Of a stretch of DNA of 64,000 nucleotides, positions 35,970 through 45,186 are shown in pieces. The position numbers and the translations under genes are program-made. Numbering within the stretch: position 1 is the stretch's first letter; every line of letters starts with the position of its first letter. The stretch is taken from positions 1,115 to 65,114 of the forward strand of contig JAFGMK010000008.1 in the NCBI GenBank assembly GCA_016927565.1. Reading direction: 5' to 3'. Origin of the DNA: Minisyncoccota bacterium (lineage in GTDB: Bacteria; Patescibacteriota; Microgenomatia; PFEM01; JAFGMK01). Below the pieces are notes generated by a model, which did no database searches, was not told where the DNA came from, and worked only from the letters and a program-made list of their open reading frames with translations.

Positions 35970-37574
35970 TTGTCAAAGGTGTTATTGTTGCCTTTTAAAT
36001 TGAATATCCTGAGATGGGATGGTGTTTTAGTCAAGATCTTGATGCTGGGGTTTCTACTGATATTTATTCTTTTCCCTTCTTCGTTTGTTTTAATTTTTCT
36101 TTTTAAACACAGCCGGGAAGTAGTTGGTTTTTTCTCTGAGTCGTCAAGAATTTTTTTAGTTACCGAGGCGCTGGTTTTTTCTTTAAAAATTGCCCTAACG
36201 GTGGCCTCAGTGGATCTTGTTTTTGGTTTGCCCTTTGCCTGGCTTTTGGCCAAAGAGCGTTTGCCGGCCAGCCGTTTACTGGAAAATATTACCAGCCTGC
36301 CCTTGGCTTTGCCGACCTCAGCGCTGGGTTTTTCCGCCGCTGTTTTTTGGACTTTTTCTAAAATTCCCCTTTCCGCTTTTTGGTTTTTGGTTTTGGTCCA
36401 TCTTTCTTTCACTTTTCCCTTTGTCGTTGGGATTTTGACCCCGGCGCTTAAAAGGGGAACCGGCAGTTTGGAACAGGCGGCAACGATTCTTGGCGCTCCC
36501 AAACTGACCGTTATCAGAACTATTGTCCTGCCCCAAATTAAGCTGGAATTGACAACCGCTGTTTTTTTCTCTTTTGCCCGCTCTTTAAGCGAAACCGGAG
36601 CTACCATTGTCGCTTTGACTGTCTTTGGTTTAAGCCAAGCAACTGCACCGGTATTAATTTCCCAGTTCAGTAATGGCGGGGAGGGTCAAATTTCTTATAA
36701 CGAGCGGTTGCTTTTGGCGGCTCTTATCAGTGGGGTTCTGATCTTAATCAGTCTGACATTGTTCTCGATCGTTCAATTGCTGGTGGGAAAAAGATCCTTG
36801 CCTGTTTTTTCTAAGTTAGTTAGTTTTGAGGCCGGAATGGATTCCGTTTTATTGAAAAGAGTAAAGAATTTTTTTCTTTTCGGATTTCTTGTTTTTATTA
36901 TTCTTATTCCGCCTTTTTTTATTTTGAATCAGGTTTTAAAAGTTCAAACTCTTAACATTCGACTGCTAATGACTTATCTTTTTAATTCACTTTTAATTGC
37001 TTTTTCAACCATTCTTATTAATTTGATAATTGGCACTCCCATGGCTTATTTTTTGGCTCATACCAACTCTCGAAAACTGAAGAGATTGATGAATTTTTTA
37101 GTTGATATTCCTTTGGTAGTGCCGACGGTTGCTCTGGGATTCTCTTTGGCCCTGTATTGGCGAGGCCAAACTTTGATTAGCTCCGATTTGCCGTTGGTTA
37201 TTTTGGCCCATTTGACCTTTACCTACCCGTATGCCGTGCGAACTCTTTGCGATGCTTTTACAGGTCTGAGTCAAGAATTTATTGATGCGGCGCGTAGTTT
37301 CGGAGCCTCGCCGATTATGGTCCTCCGCTCTGTTGTTTTGCCTCTTCTCTCGCCGTCGTTTGCCACGGCAGCGGTGTTGGTAGTTGCCAGATCGTTAGGA
37401 GAGACTGGTGCCACTATGGCAGTTTCTTCCGAAGTGATTACCGCTCCGGTTTACATCGTTGATTTAGTCAATGAATATCAAATTAGGCAAGCCGGGATTG
37501 CTTCGGCTTTGTTAATTACTCTTTCTTTTGGAGTTTTCGCCTTACTTAGAAGATCGGCCTTTGCCCGAAGGTAA
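35970..37574 (+). CDS. ABC importer permease, tandem two-domain type (FbpB/ThiP-like)
   Basis: 534 aa, about 12 TM. Two EAA-loop regions ('ARSLSETGATIVAL' and 'ARSLGETGATMAV'). Confidence 0.7.
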   Translation: MSKVLLLPFKLNILRWDGVLVKILMLGFLLIFILFPSSFVLIFLFKHSREVVGFFSESSRIFLVTEALVFSLKIALTVASVDLVFGLPFAWLLAKERLPASRLLENITSLPLALPTSALGFSAAVFWTFSKIPLSAFWFLVLVHLSFTFPFVVGILTPALKRGTGSLEQAATILGAPKLTVIRTIVLPQIKLELTTAVFFSFARSLSETGATIVALTVFGLSQATAPVLISQFSNGGEGQISYNERLLLAALISGVLILISLTLFSIVQLLVGKRSLPVFSKLVSFEAGMDSVLLKRVKNFFLFGFLVFIILIPPFFILNQVLKVQTLNIRLLMTYLFNSLLIAFSTILINLIIGTPMAYFLAHTNSRKLKRLMNFLVDIPLVVPTVALGFSLALYWRGQTLISSDLPLVILAHLTFTYPYAVRTLCDAFTGLSQEFIDAARSFGASPIMVLRSVVLPLLSPSFATAAVLVVARSLGETGATMAVSSEVITAPVYIVDLVNEYQIRQAGIASALLITLSFGVFALLRRSAFARR

Positions 37575-37576
37575 TC

Positions 37577-38686
37577 ATGGCCAGAATAGTTCTTGAAAAT
37601 ATTAAAAAGGTTTTTAACCAGACTATTGTTGCTCTTGACAACATCAGCCTGAGTATTGAAGATCGGGAATATGTTTCAATTCTCGGTACTAGCGGTTCGG
37701 GAAAGACGACTCTCTTACGAATTATTGCTGGTTTTGAGTCGCCGGAAACGGGAAAAGTTTTTTTTGACGGTCAGGACGTAAGCTTATTCCCCCCAGAGAA
37801 AAGAAATATTGGCTTTGTCTTCCAAGATTTTGCCCTTTTTCCTCATTTATCGGTTTGGGAAAATGTCGCTTATGGCCCGAAAATCAAAGGTCTGGGACGA
37901 GAACAGGTTAATGCTATTGGCCGTCAGACTCTTGAGATTGTTGGACTTTTTTCTCGTAAAGATAGTTTTCCCCACGAGCTTTCCGGAGGCATGAAACAGC
38001 GAGTTGGTTTAGCCAGAGCTATGGCATCGGGGTCTAAAATTTTACTCATGGATGAGCCCTTAGGATCGCTTGATGCCCGTATTAAGCGAACTTTAAAAAC
38101 GGAACTTAGAAACTGGGTTAAGGAGTTAGGCTTAACTGCGATCCATGTTGGTCACAGTCAGCTAGAAGCCATGGAGGTTTCTGATCGTCTCGTTATTATG
38201 GATAAGGGCCGTATTATCCAATCCGGCCCACCGGAAGAAATCTATAAAAACCCCAATAGTATTTTTGTTGCTGATTTCATTAGCGAGTCGAATTTTCTGA
38301 CTGGTACCATTGAGAATATCAAAAATCAGCATCTTACTATTGGCATCTGTCCGGACAGCCGGCTTCAAAGTTTACACAAAAACTTTAAACTCAAACAGAA
38401 AGTGGTTGTTTCTTTTCGTCCTGAGGAAGTCAAAATTCACCAAAGACTTCCGAATGATCCCTGCCTTAAAGGTTCTCTGATAAAAAAAAGATTTCTTCAG
38501 GGAAGGCTTTGCTTCACCGTGCGGCTGGTCAATCAGCAATCTATTACTGTCAGCCTGGCTCCTTCTTCTCATAATTCCGTTTGTAAAGAGGGAGAAGTGC
38601 TTTACATGACTGTTAGCCCAAGCCGAGTTCTGCTCTTTCCATATCCTAAGTCCGGATTAAAACAAGCATTGCGGACTTTTCTGTAG
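37577..38686 (+). CDS. ABC importer ATP-binding protein (FbpC/PotA-type with C-terminal TOBE-like domain)
   Basis: 369 aa. 'LGTSGSGKTTLL', 'LSGGMKQRVGLARAM', 'LLMDEPLGSLD'. Confidence 0.8.
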   Translation: MARIVLENIKKVFNQTIVALDNISLSIEDREYVSILGTSGSGKTTLLRIIAGFESPETGKVFFDGQDVSLFPPEKRNIGFVFQDFALFPHLSVWENVAYGPKIKGLGREQVNAIGRQTLEIVGLFSRKDSFPHELSGGMKQRVGLARAMASGSKILLMDEPLGSLDARIKRTLKTELRNWVKELGLTAIHVGHSQLEAMEVSDRLVIMDKGRIIQSGPPEEIYKNPNSIFVADFISESNFLTGTIENIKNQHLTIGICPDSRLQSLHKNFKLKQKVVVSFRPEEVKIHQRLPNDPCLKGSLIKKRFLQGRLCFTVRLVNQQSITVSLAPSSHNSVCKEGEVLYMTVSPSRVLLFPYPKSGLKQALRTFL

Positions 38687-38758
38687 GGTAATTCGAATCT
38701 CTTGTTTTACCGGGGATGGGGTCTTTAGCAAGGGGAAGAAAGGGAGTATCATATTTTT

Positions 38759-38992
38759 ATGAGCTGGTATATAGCCGCCGTTCTTCCGGTAGCCACCGGA
38801 TTATCTTGGCTTTTTTACTTTTATGCTTTTAAAGTCGGAGAGGCAAACAGAGCGGTGTCCAATAGATAAATTAAGTTTGATTTTAACAATAACAATTGCC
38901 GGAATTATTTTAAAGGAAAAAATCAATGCCCGGGTAGCTCTTGGATCATTACCGATGACTGTCGGTCCTTTAATTATCGCTTATGCAAAATA
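38759..38992 (+). pseudogene. EamA/DMT-transporter C-terminal fragment (remnant)
   Basis: Two short frames 'MSWYIAAVLPVATGLSWLFYFYAFKVGEANRAVS' and 'LILTITIAGIILKEKINARVALGSLPMTVGPLIIAYAK' resemble the last helices of EamA-domain proteins. No full gene. Confidence 0.3.
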
Positions 38993-39070
38993 AAACAAAA
39001 AAGGGCGAAATTTGAGATGTTTCTTATCCCGATCGTTTACCGAAGGCTATCCGAAAAAAGGAGGAATATC

Positions 39071-39114
39071 TATTAGCCATTTGACAAACGATGAAATTCG
39101 ATGGTATATATGAA
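39071..39114 (+). promoter_or_regulatory. sigma70-like promoter (TTGACA-18-TATATA) followed by a perfect 14-bp palindrome operator TGAATATATATTCA
   Basis: Read directly. The palindrome starts right after the -10 box, about 45 nt before the first NifX-like start. Confidence 0.45.
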
Positions 39115-39158
39115 TATATATTCAAAATGTTTACTATAAAGGAGGTAAAAAAGAAAAA

Positions 39159-39497
39159 ATGAAAATAGCCTTAAGTTCTCTGGGAAAAGACATTAATAGT
39201 GATCTTAGTAAAGTCTTCGGCAGGTGTCCCTGTTTTTTTATTATGGAAATTGAAGATAAAAAAGTGAAGGGATTTGAAGCCATTGAAAACACCAGTCAGA
39301 ATCAAATGGGAGGGGCGGGGATTTCTGCCGTCCGAACGATAGCCGGAAAAAATGTCGATGCGGTGATAGCTGGAGCTTTTGGCCCGAGGGCTCTAACAGT
39401 GTTAAAGCAGTTTAATATTGAAGCTTATACCGGCGCCGGTTCAATAAATGAAGTTAGTCAAAAATTTATCCAGGGAAAGCTCAAGAAGATCCAGTAA
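39159..39497 (+). CDS. NifX/NifB-C-terminal-like (dinitrogenase FeMo-cofactor-binding family, COG1433) protein
   Basis: 112 aa. 'KIALSS.G.....LS..FGRCP.F.I' N-terminal pattern characteristic of the family. Confidence 0.65.
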   Translation: MKIALSSLGKDINSDLSKVFGRCPCFFIMEIEDKKVKGFEAIENTSQNQMGGAGISAVRTIAGKNVDAVIAGAFGPRALTVLKQFNIEAYTGAGSINEVSQKFIQGKLKKIQ

Positions 39498-39501
39498 ATA
39501 A

Positions 39502-39867
39502 ATGATGCGAGTAGTAATTCCTACCAATGGCCGGAAAGGTTTAGCCGACAAAGTGGCGGAACATTTCGGCAGATGTGCCGCTTATACCTTTCTTGACGGA
39601 AAAGGCAGAGTTGTCGAAATAATAGATAACACCAGCGAACATCTAGGCGGTGAAGGTTTGCCGCCGGAGCTGATGAAAAAACACCAGGCAGATATTCTGT
39701 TATGTAAGGGATTGGGGTCTAGAGCACTAGATTTATGTCAAGAATTAGGCATAGATGTTTATGTCATCAAAGCAGAAACTGTCAGGGAAATATTTACAAT
39801 CTGGAAAAATAACAAAATAGAAAAGGCCGGGTTTAAAGATGTTTGCCAGGAAGACAAACCCGGATAA
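39502..39867 (+). CDS. NifX-like cofactor-binding protein (second paralog)
   Basis: 121 aa. 'MRVVIPTNG.....V..HFGRCAAYTF' follows the same family pattern. Confidence 0.65.
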   Translation: MMRVVIPTNGRKGLADKVAEHFGRCAAYTFLDGKGRVVEIIDNTSEHLGGEGLPPELMKKHQADILLCKGLGSRALDLCQELGIDVYVIKAETVREIFTIWKNNKIEKAGFKDVCQEDKPG

Positions 39868-39916
39868 AAAAAGCGATGTTGATTTTTACTGATTATAATT
39901 TTTTTCATATAAACCT

Positions 39917-40432
39917 ATGGCTTTAATTCCTTCCCTGGAAAAAAATCAAGTCGGAGAAATTGCCGAAGAGATTTATAAAAAATTTGAAAAAGAAGGCGGG
40001 AAAGTACCGCAGTGGGTAAAAGTAATGGCTCATAACCCAAAAATTTTGAAAGAATTTGTCGAGCTTTTTAAGGCAATCATGGGTGAGGGCAGGATAAAGC
40101 CATATTTAAAATGGAAAATGGCTTATGTTGTTTCCGAAACCCTGAAATGCCGTTTTTGTGTCAGTGTTACTATTATGATGTTAAAAACATTTGGCGCTGA
40201 CGACCGGGTAATTGGGAATATTAAAGAGATGAGAGGTTTGTCAGAAACAGAAAAAGAGATTTTGGAATTAGTAAAAGATGTGACAATAGACGGCCATCTG
40301 GATCAGCCAAAGATTTTTGAGAAATTAAAAGCCAAATTCAATTCTTCTCAAATTGTTGAGCTCGTTTCAGTTATTGGCCTCTTTAATTATATTAATCGTT
40401 TCAATAATACTCTGGTTATTCTGCCCGAATGA
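39917..40432 (+). CDS. carboxymuconolactone decarboxylase/AhpD-like family protein (tentative)
   Basis: 171 aa, all-helical. 'LKCRFCVSV' Cys pair in the position of AhpD-like active-site cysteines. Confidence 0.35.
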   Translation: MALIPSLEKNQVGEIAEEIYKKFEKEGGKVPQWVKVMAHNPKILKEFVELFKAIMGEGRIKPYLKWKMAYVVSETLKCRFCVSVTIMMLKTFGADDRVIGNIKEMRGLSETEKEILELVKDVTIDGHLDQPKIFEKLKAKFNSSQIVELVSVIGLFNYINRFNNTLVILPE

Positions 40433-40498
40433 AGATGATTTTAATCCCGACTGAATGAGACGGAGAATCAACGGGGGAAAGGCAGACGGTATTAAATT

Positions 40499-40699
40499 AT
40501 GCCAACCTATACTTTTCGCTGTCCGCAATGTAAAAAAGAGCTGACGGGCATTTTCCCGATGAAAGATTTTGACGGCAAGAAAGTGGTTTGCCCGGAATGC
40601 GGCCGGAAGGGCTTAAAACAAATTTTTAAAAGCCCGTTTTCAATTATTAATAAAAAGCCTGCCTGTCCAACGGGAAACTGTCCTTTGGTCCGAAAATAA
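40499..40699 (+). CDS. FmdB-type zinc-ribbon protein
   Basis: 66 aa. 'YTFRCPQC...CPECG' double CxxC and the typical N-terminus of FmdB-family regulators. Confidence 0.55.
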   Translation: MPTYTFRCPQCKKELTGIFPMKDFDGKKVVCPECGRKGLKQIFKSPFSIINKKPACPTGNCPLVRK

Positions 40700-40768
40700 A
40701 AATTAAAAAATTGCCTTTTAAGCCTTTCCCGATTTTATACGTTAAATAGTTATGATTTTGGATTTAAT

Positions 40769-41632
40769 ATGAAAATTGCTGTAACCGGCGGAAAAGGGGG
40801 GGTCGGAAAATCGATGGTCGCTACCTCTTTGGCGGTTGAATTTGCCAGAAATGATAAAACAATACTGATTGATGCGGATGCAGAATGCCCCAACGACCAT
40901 CTTTTGCTTTCGATAAAAAGAAAAAAATACACTTTCGTTTATCAGCCGATACCGAAATGGAACTTTAACAAATGCGTTAAGTGTGGCAAATGTGCCGCCG
41001 TTTGCAAACAAAACGCGATTGTTTTCGTGAAGAACAAGTATCCGGCTTTTGTGAAAGATATTTGCATTGGTTGCAAGGCCTGCATCGTTGCCTGTCCGGC
41101 CGGGGCGATAACGGCGACGAAGAAAGTAATTGGCACGATCTACACCGGAAGAAACTACGGGATTGATTTAGTTTCGGGAGAGCTTAAATTGGGAGAATTG
41201 GCATCAGGAGAGGTCGTGGCCGAGGTGAGAAAATATGCTGAGGAAATTAACCAGGCGGTAAAGGCAAAAATAACCATTATCGATTCTTCTCCCGGAATCG
41301 GTTGTCCGGTGATTGCTTCTTTGGTCGGGACTGATTATATTGTGGCCGTTACCGAGCCGACTCCTTCGGCTTTGCACGATTTAAAACGGGTTCTTTATTT
41401 AGCCGATCATTTTGGAATAGGCTGCGGAATTGTTATTAATAAGTTTGACCTGGCTAAAAATTTTTACAAAAAAATAGAAAAATTTGCGGAGGAAAGTAAA
41501 ATTGCCGTTATCGGAAAGATTCCTTATCGGAAAGATTTTGTTGAGGCCGCTATTAAAATGAGGCCGGCGTTGGAGATGAATCCCGAACACCGGGGAGTTT
41601 TCAGAAAAATTATTAAAGAAATGAAATCTTAA
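40769..41632 (+). CDS. MinD/ParA-superfamily P-loop ATPase with inserted double 4Fe-4S ferredoxin domain (COG1149-like)
   Basis: 287 aa. 'KIAVTGGKGGVGKS' deviant Walker A. 'CVKCGKCAAVC' and 'CIGCKACIVACP' ferredoxin motifs. Confidence 0.7.
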   Translation: MKIAVTGGKGGVGKSMVATSLAVEFARNDKTILIDADAECPNDHLLLSIKRKKYTFVYQPIPKWNFNKCVKCGKCAAVCKQNAIVFVKNKYPAFVKDICIGCKACIVACPAGAITATKKVIGTIYTGRNYGIDLVSGELKLGELASGEVVAEVRKYAEEINQAVKAKITIIDSSPGIGCPVIASLVGTDYIVAVTEPTPSALHDLKRVLYLADHFGIGCGIVINKFDLAKNFYKKIEKFAEESKIAVIGKIPYRKDFVEAAIKMRPALEMNPEHRGVFRKIIKEMKS

Positions 41633-41638
41633 ACTATT

Positions 41639-42688
41639 ATGAAAGAGAGAATAGCCGCAATTTCAATTGCGGCCAATGTTGTTTTAGCCGGAGGCAAGCT
41701 GGTGGTCGGATCAATTGCCGGTTCCGGCGCTGTTTTTGCCGAAGGTTTGCATTCGGGGATGGATATCTTATCTTCTGCAATCAGTTTTTTTGGCATCAAA
41801 ATTGCTAAAAAACCCGTCGATGAAAAACACCCCTACGGCCATTATAAATTTGAAGTTCTGGCCGGATTGATAATCACGGCAATTTTGTTTTTAACTGGTT
41901 TGTTTATCGCCATTGAAGCAATTCGTGAATTTAGTGATCCTTCTCCGGCGAATATCGGTTGCCTGGCTTTAGGAGTGATGCTGGTCTCAGCGGCGGTCAA
42001 TGAGGCAATGGCCAGATTAAAAATCCACTATGGCAAAAAGGAGAATTCAGTTTCTTTGCTTTCTGACGGAGTGCATTCCAGAGTTGATGTTTATGCTTCA
42101 TTGGCGGTTTTTGCAGGTTTGTTTTTGACCAAGTATTGGTTTTATATTGATTCATTTATGGCTCTGGCAGTCGGCTTTTTTATTATTAAAGAATCTTTTT
42201 CTTTAGGCAAAGAGGCGATTGATTCTTTGCTTGATGTTTCTGCTGGCGACGAGATGGAAAAAAAGATAAAAGCGATTGCCCAGAGTCAGAACATTGAAAT
42301 AGACTCTTTAAAAACCCAGAAAAAAGGTTCAACGGCAACCGCTAATTTAGAAATAAAACTTTCGAGCAGTCTGAGTGTGGAGGAGGCGGCCAGGCTTTCT
42401 GATAGTCTGAGGGAGAAGCTGATAGAAAAAATTGAGAATCTTTCCTATGTGGCTGTTCAAATCAAAAGCCACCAAGTGGAGACGGGGTTTTACAAGCCTG
42501 CTTTCGGTAAGGGTTTCGGTTGGCAAAGACGAGGCAGGTTTAAAGCGAATATCCGGAAAGCAGAAGGCCGGGGACCGGGCGGTGATTGTGTTTGTTTGAA
42601 GTGTGGTTATAAAATTCCTCATCAGAGGGGCACGCCCTGCTCGGCTTTTCAATGCCCGAACTGTAAAATCGATTTAGAAAGAAGATAG
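41639..42688 (+). CDS. cation diffusion facilitator (CDF) transporter with C-terminal zinc-ribbon extension
   Basis: 349 aa, 6 TM. 'HSGMD' and 'HPYGHYKFE' CDF motifs. C-terminal 'CVCLKCGYKIPHQRGTPCSAFQCPNCK'. Confidence 0.7.
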   Translation: MKERIAAISIAANVVLAGGKLVVGSIAGSGAVFAEGLHSGMDILSSAISFFGIKIAKKPVDEKHPYGHYKFEVLAGLIITAILFLTGLFIAIEAIREFSDPSPANIGCLALGVMLVSAAVNEAMARLKIHYGKKENSVSLLSDGVHSRVDVYASLAVFAGLFLTKYWFYIDSFMALAVGFFIIKESFSLGKEAIDSLLDVSAGDEMEKKIKAIAQSQNIEIDSLKTQKKGSTATANLEIKLSSSLSVEEAARLSDSLREKLIEKIENLSYVAVQIKSHQVETGFYKPAFGKGFGWQRRGRFKANIRKAEGRGPGGDCVCLKCGYKIPHQRGTPCSAFQCPNCKIDLERR

Positions 42689-42716
42689 CCCGGAGATAAA
42701 TTCGCAGTAAATTAAA

Positions 42717-43004
42717 ATGCCCAGACCGAAAATACCCCGCCGTATCCGGTTTAATCCGGATGTCTATTATTTTAAGCCTCAGGGAATTCCTTTGAGGGAA
42801 CTTGAGGAGGTGGTTTTGCTGCCGGATGAGTTGGAGGCTTTGAAATTACACGAGATCGATAGCTTAGAACAAATTGAAGCTTCAAAGGGAATGCAAGTTT
42901 CCCAGCCGACTTTTGCCAGAATCTTGAATAATGCTTATAAAAAAATCGCTCAAGCTCTAATCGAGGGCAAGGCCATCAGAATAGAAGAAAGAAGGTCAAA
43001 GTGA
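42717..43004 (+). CDS. DUF134/UPF0251-family putative DNA-binding protein
   Basis: 95 aa. 'PRPKIPRRI...P.V.YFKP.G' N-terminus and sigma-region-4-like HTH 'QPTFARILNNAYKKIAQAL'. Confidence 0.6.
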   Translation: MPRPKIPRRIRFNPDVYYFKPQGIPLRELEEVVLLPDELEALKLHEIDSLEQIEASKGMQVSQPTFARILNNAYKKIAQALIEGKAIRIEERRSK

Positions 43005-43237
43005 AGACTGTTTCTTTGGTAAAACTGAATGAGAAGGAAAAGGCAGAAGTTGTCTCTATTCTTGGCGGTCAAATGGCCACTAAAAGATTGGTTGATTTAG
43101 GCTTAACCGCGGGAACCAGGGTAAAAATTTTAAAAAAAGCGCCTCTTTTTGGTCCGGTGGAAATTGAGCTCAGGGGTTCAGCTTTAGTCTTGGGCCAGGG
43201 ATTGGCGGCAAAGATTCTGGTGAGAAGAGGCGAATGA
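43001..43237 (+). CDS. feoA: ferrous iron transport protein A
   Basis: 78 aa, small SH3-like. 'G..LGL..G..V.........P.......' FeoA pattern. Overlaps the feoB start. Confidence 0.65.
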   Translation: MKTVSLVKLNEKEKAEVVSILGGQMATKRLVDLGLTAGTRVKILKKAPLFGPVEIELRGSALVLGQGLAAKILVRRGE

Positions 43238-45165
43238 AAGAAAACAAAGAATTAAATATTGTTTTGGCCGGCAATGCCAATGTGGGTAAATCAGTTATCT
43301 TCAATCATCTCACCGGTCTTCATCAGCATATTGGCAATTGGCCCGGAAAAACGATCGAAAAGGCCGAGGGCACTTTGCATTACCGGGGATATACGATTAA
43401 TGTTCTGGACTTGCCGGGAATTTATTCTTTATCAACATATTCAACTGAAGAGATAATTGCCCGCGACTACATTGCTTCTCAGAAGCCTGATTTTATTATC
43501 AATGTCGTTGATGCGACTCATCTGGAGAGAAATTTAATTTTTACTTGGCAGCTTCTGGAATTGAAAAAACCGATGGTGCTCGCTCTTAATATGGTTAATT
43601 TGTTAAAAGAAAAAGGGATAGAGATTGACATCAAGAAACTGGAAAAAGCCCTGAAGATTCCTGTTGTCCCGACGGCTGCCATTTACGGAAAAGGAATAAC
43701 CGAGATTTTGAACCAGGGGATTAGGTCAATTAAAAGAAAAAGAGCAACTACCGATCCCATAAAATACGGGAAAGAGATGGAAGAAAAGATTGGCTGGTTG
43801 ACCGAAAGGATGGCGGAGATTAGCTCGGTTTATCCTAAAAGATGGTTAGCAATAAAACTTCTGGAAAAAGATAAAATCATCGAAAAATTATTTGAAAAGA
43901 AAAATTCGGAGATTTTGGAGCAAGCCAAAATTTTCCGTTCGGAACTTAAAAAGGTTCACGGACATGATCCGTCAATAATGATTGCTGACGAGAGATGCCA
44001 TTTGGTTTCTCAGGTAGTAAAAGAGGCGGTGCGGGTGACAGAGCCGCAGGCGACTGGACTTAATGAACGGCTGGACAACATAACTTGTCATAAAATTCTA
44101 GGTTTTCCGACCATGATTTTTATCTTGGGTCTGGTTTTTCTGAGCGTTTTTCAATTTGGCAACCGGCTTTCTTATCTGCTTGAAAAGCTTTCTTTTGGCT
44201 GGGAGAAATGGTACGAAGGAATGTTTGGGGTTTCTCTCTGGACTTATCTAGGTTGGTCGGTGGCAGAAAGCGCTTTTGCTTTAATTCAGATTGCCCTGCC
44301 TTATATTTTTCCTTTCTACTTCCTCTTATTTTTTTTAGAAGATTGGGGTTACTTAGCTCGGGTTGCTTTTTTGATGGATAATTTCATGCATAAAGTCGGC
44401 GTTCACGGCAAAGCTTGTATTCCTTTGATGCTCGGGTTTGGTTGTAATGTTCCGGCTTGTCTTGCCTGCCGGATTATGGAAACCCGGAGGGAAAGATTTA
44501 TCACTGGAGTTTTGACTACTTTTATTCCTTGTTCGGCTGTGAGCGTCATCATTATCGGGTTAGTCGGTAAATTTATCGGTTTAAGTTGGGCGTTAGGATT
44601 GTATGGGATAGCTTTTTTAACAATTTTTGTTTTAGGAAAATTGGTTTCTAAAATTTTACCCGGAGAGGCCACTGAACTGATTATGGAAATGCCGGACTAC
44701 AAAATTCCTCACTTTAGGACTGTGATCTTGCAGACCTGGTTTAGGTTAAAAGAATTTATTGTTATTGCCGGTCCTGTGGTAATAATTTCCGGAATAGTTA
44801 TCAGGATGATTCGCTTTACGGACTGGCTGACGGCCGTTGCTGATTGGTTAAGTCCGATTACCGTGAACTGGTTAGGGCTGCCGGCAATTACCGGAGTTTT
44901 ACTTATTTTTGGGATTTTAAGAAAAGAGCTGATTTTGGTGATGTTGGCTGCTTTATTGGGGACCGCTGATTTCTCCCAAATTTTATCCCCCAGACAGATG
45001 GTTACTTTAGCGCTGGTTAGCATGTTTTACTTTCCTTGTCTGGCCACTTTTGCTGCTTTCAGGAAGGAATTCGGTTTAAAAGAGGCGATTGGGGTGGCTT
45101 CTTTTAAGATCATTTTTGCTATAATATACGGCGGTTTGTTTTATCGGTTGGGATTATTATTTTAA
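43234..45165 (+). CDS. feoB: ferrous iron transport protein B
   Basis: 643 aa. N-terminal G-domain 'LAGNANVGKS' and large C-terminal polytopic membrane domain with gate motifs. Confidence 0.8.
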   Translation: MKENKELNIVLAGNANVGKSVIFNHLTGLHQHIGNWPGKTIEKAEGTLHYRGYTINVLDLPGIYSLSTYSTEEIIARDYIASQKPDFIINVVDATHLERNLIFTWQLLELKKPMVLALNMVNLLKEKGIEIDIKKLEKALKIPVVPTAAIYGKGITEILNQGIRSIKRKRATTDPIKYGKEMEEKIGWLTERMAEISSVYPKRWLAIKLLEKDKIIEKLFEKKNSEILEQAKIFRSELKKVHGHDPSIMIADERCHLVSQVVKEAVRVTEPQATGLNERLDNITCHKILGFPTMIFILGLVFLSVFQFGNRLSYLLEKLSFGWEKWYEGMFGVSLWTYLGWSVAESAFALIQIALPYIFPFYFLLFFLEDWGYLARVAFLMDNFMHKVGVHGKACIPLMLGFGCNVPACLACRIMETRRERFITGVLTTFIPCSAVSVIIIGLVGKFIGLSWALGLYGIAFLTIFVLGKLVSKILPGEATELIMEMPDYKIPHFRTVILQTWFRLKEFIVIAGPVVIISGIVIRMIRFTDWLTAVADWLSPITVNWLGLPAITGVLLIFGILRKELILVMLAALLGTADFSQILSPRQMVTLALVSMFYFPCLATFAAFRKEFGLKEAIGVASFKIIFAIIYGGLFYRLGLLF

Positions 45166-45186
45166 GTTTCAAAATTAAAGAAGAGT

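Noticed and set aside
35945-36607. 220-aa Lys-rich ORF on the minus strand overlapping the ABC permease
   Set aside because: It lies wholly inside a plus-strand gene with clear 12-TM ABC-permease features and EAA loops, and has no motifs of its own. Low-complexity antisense frame.
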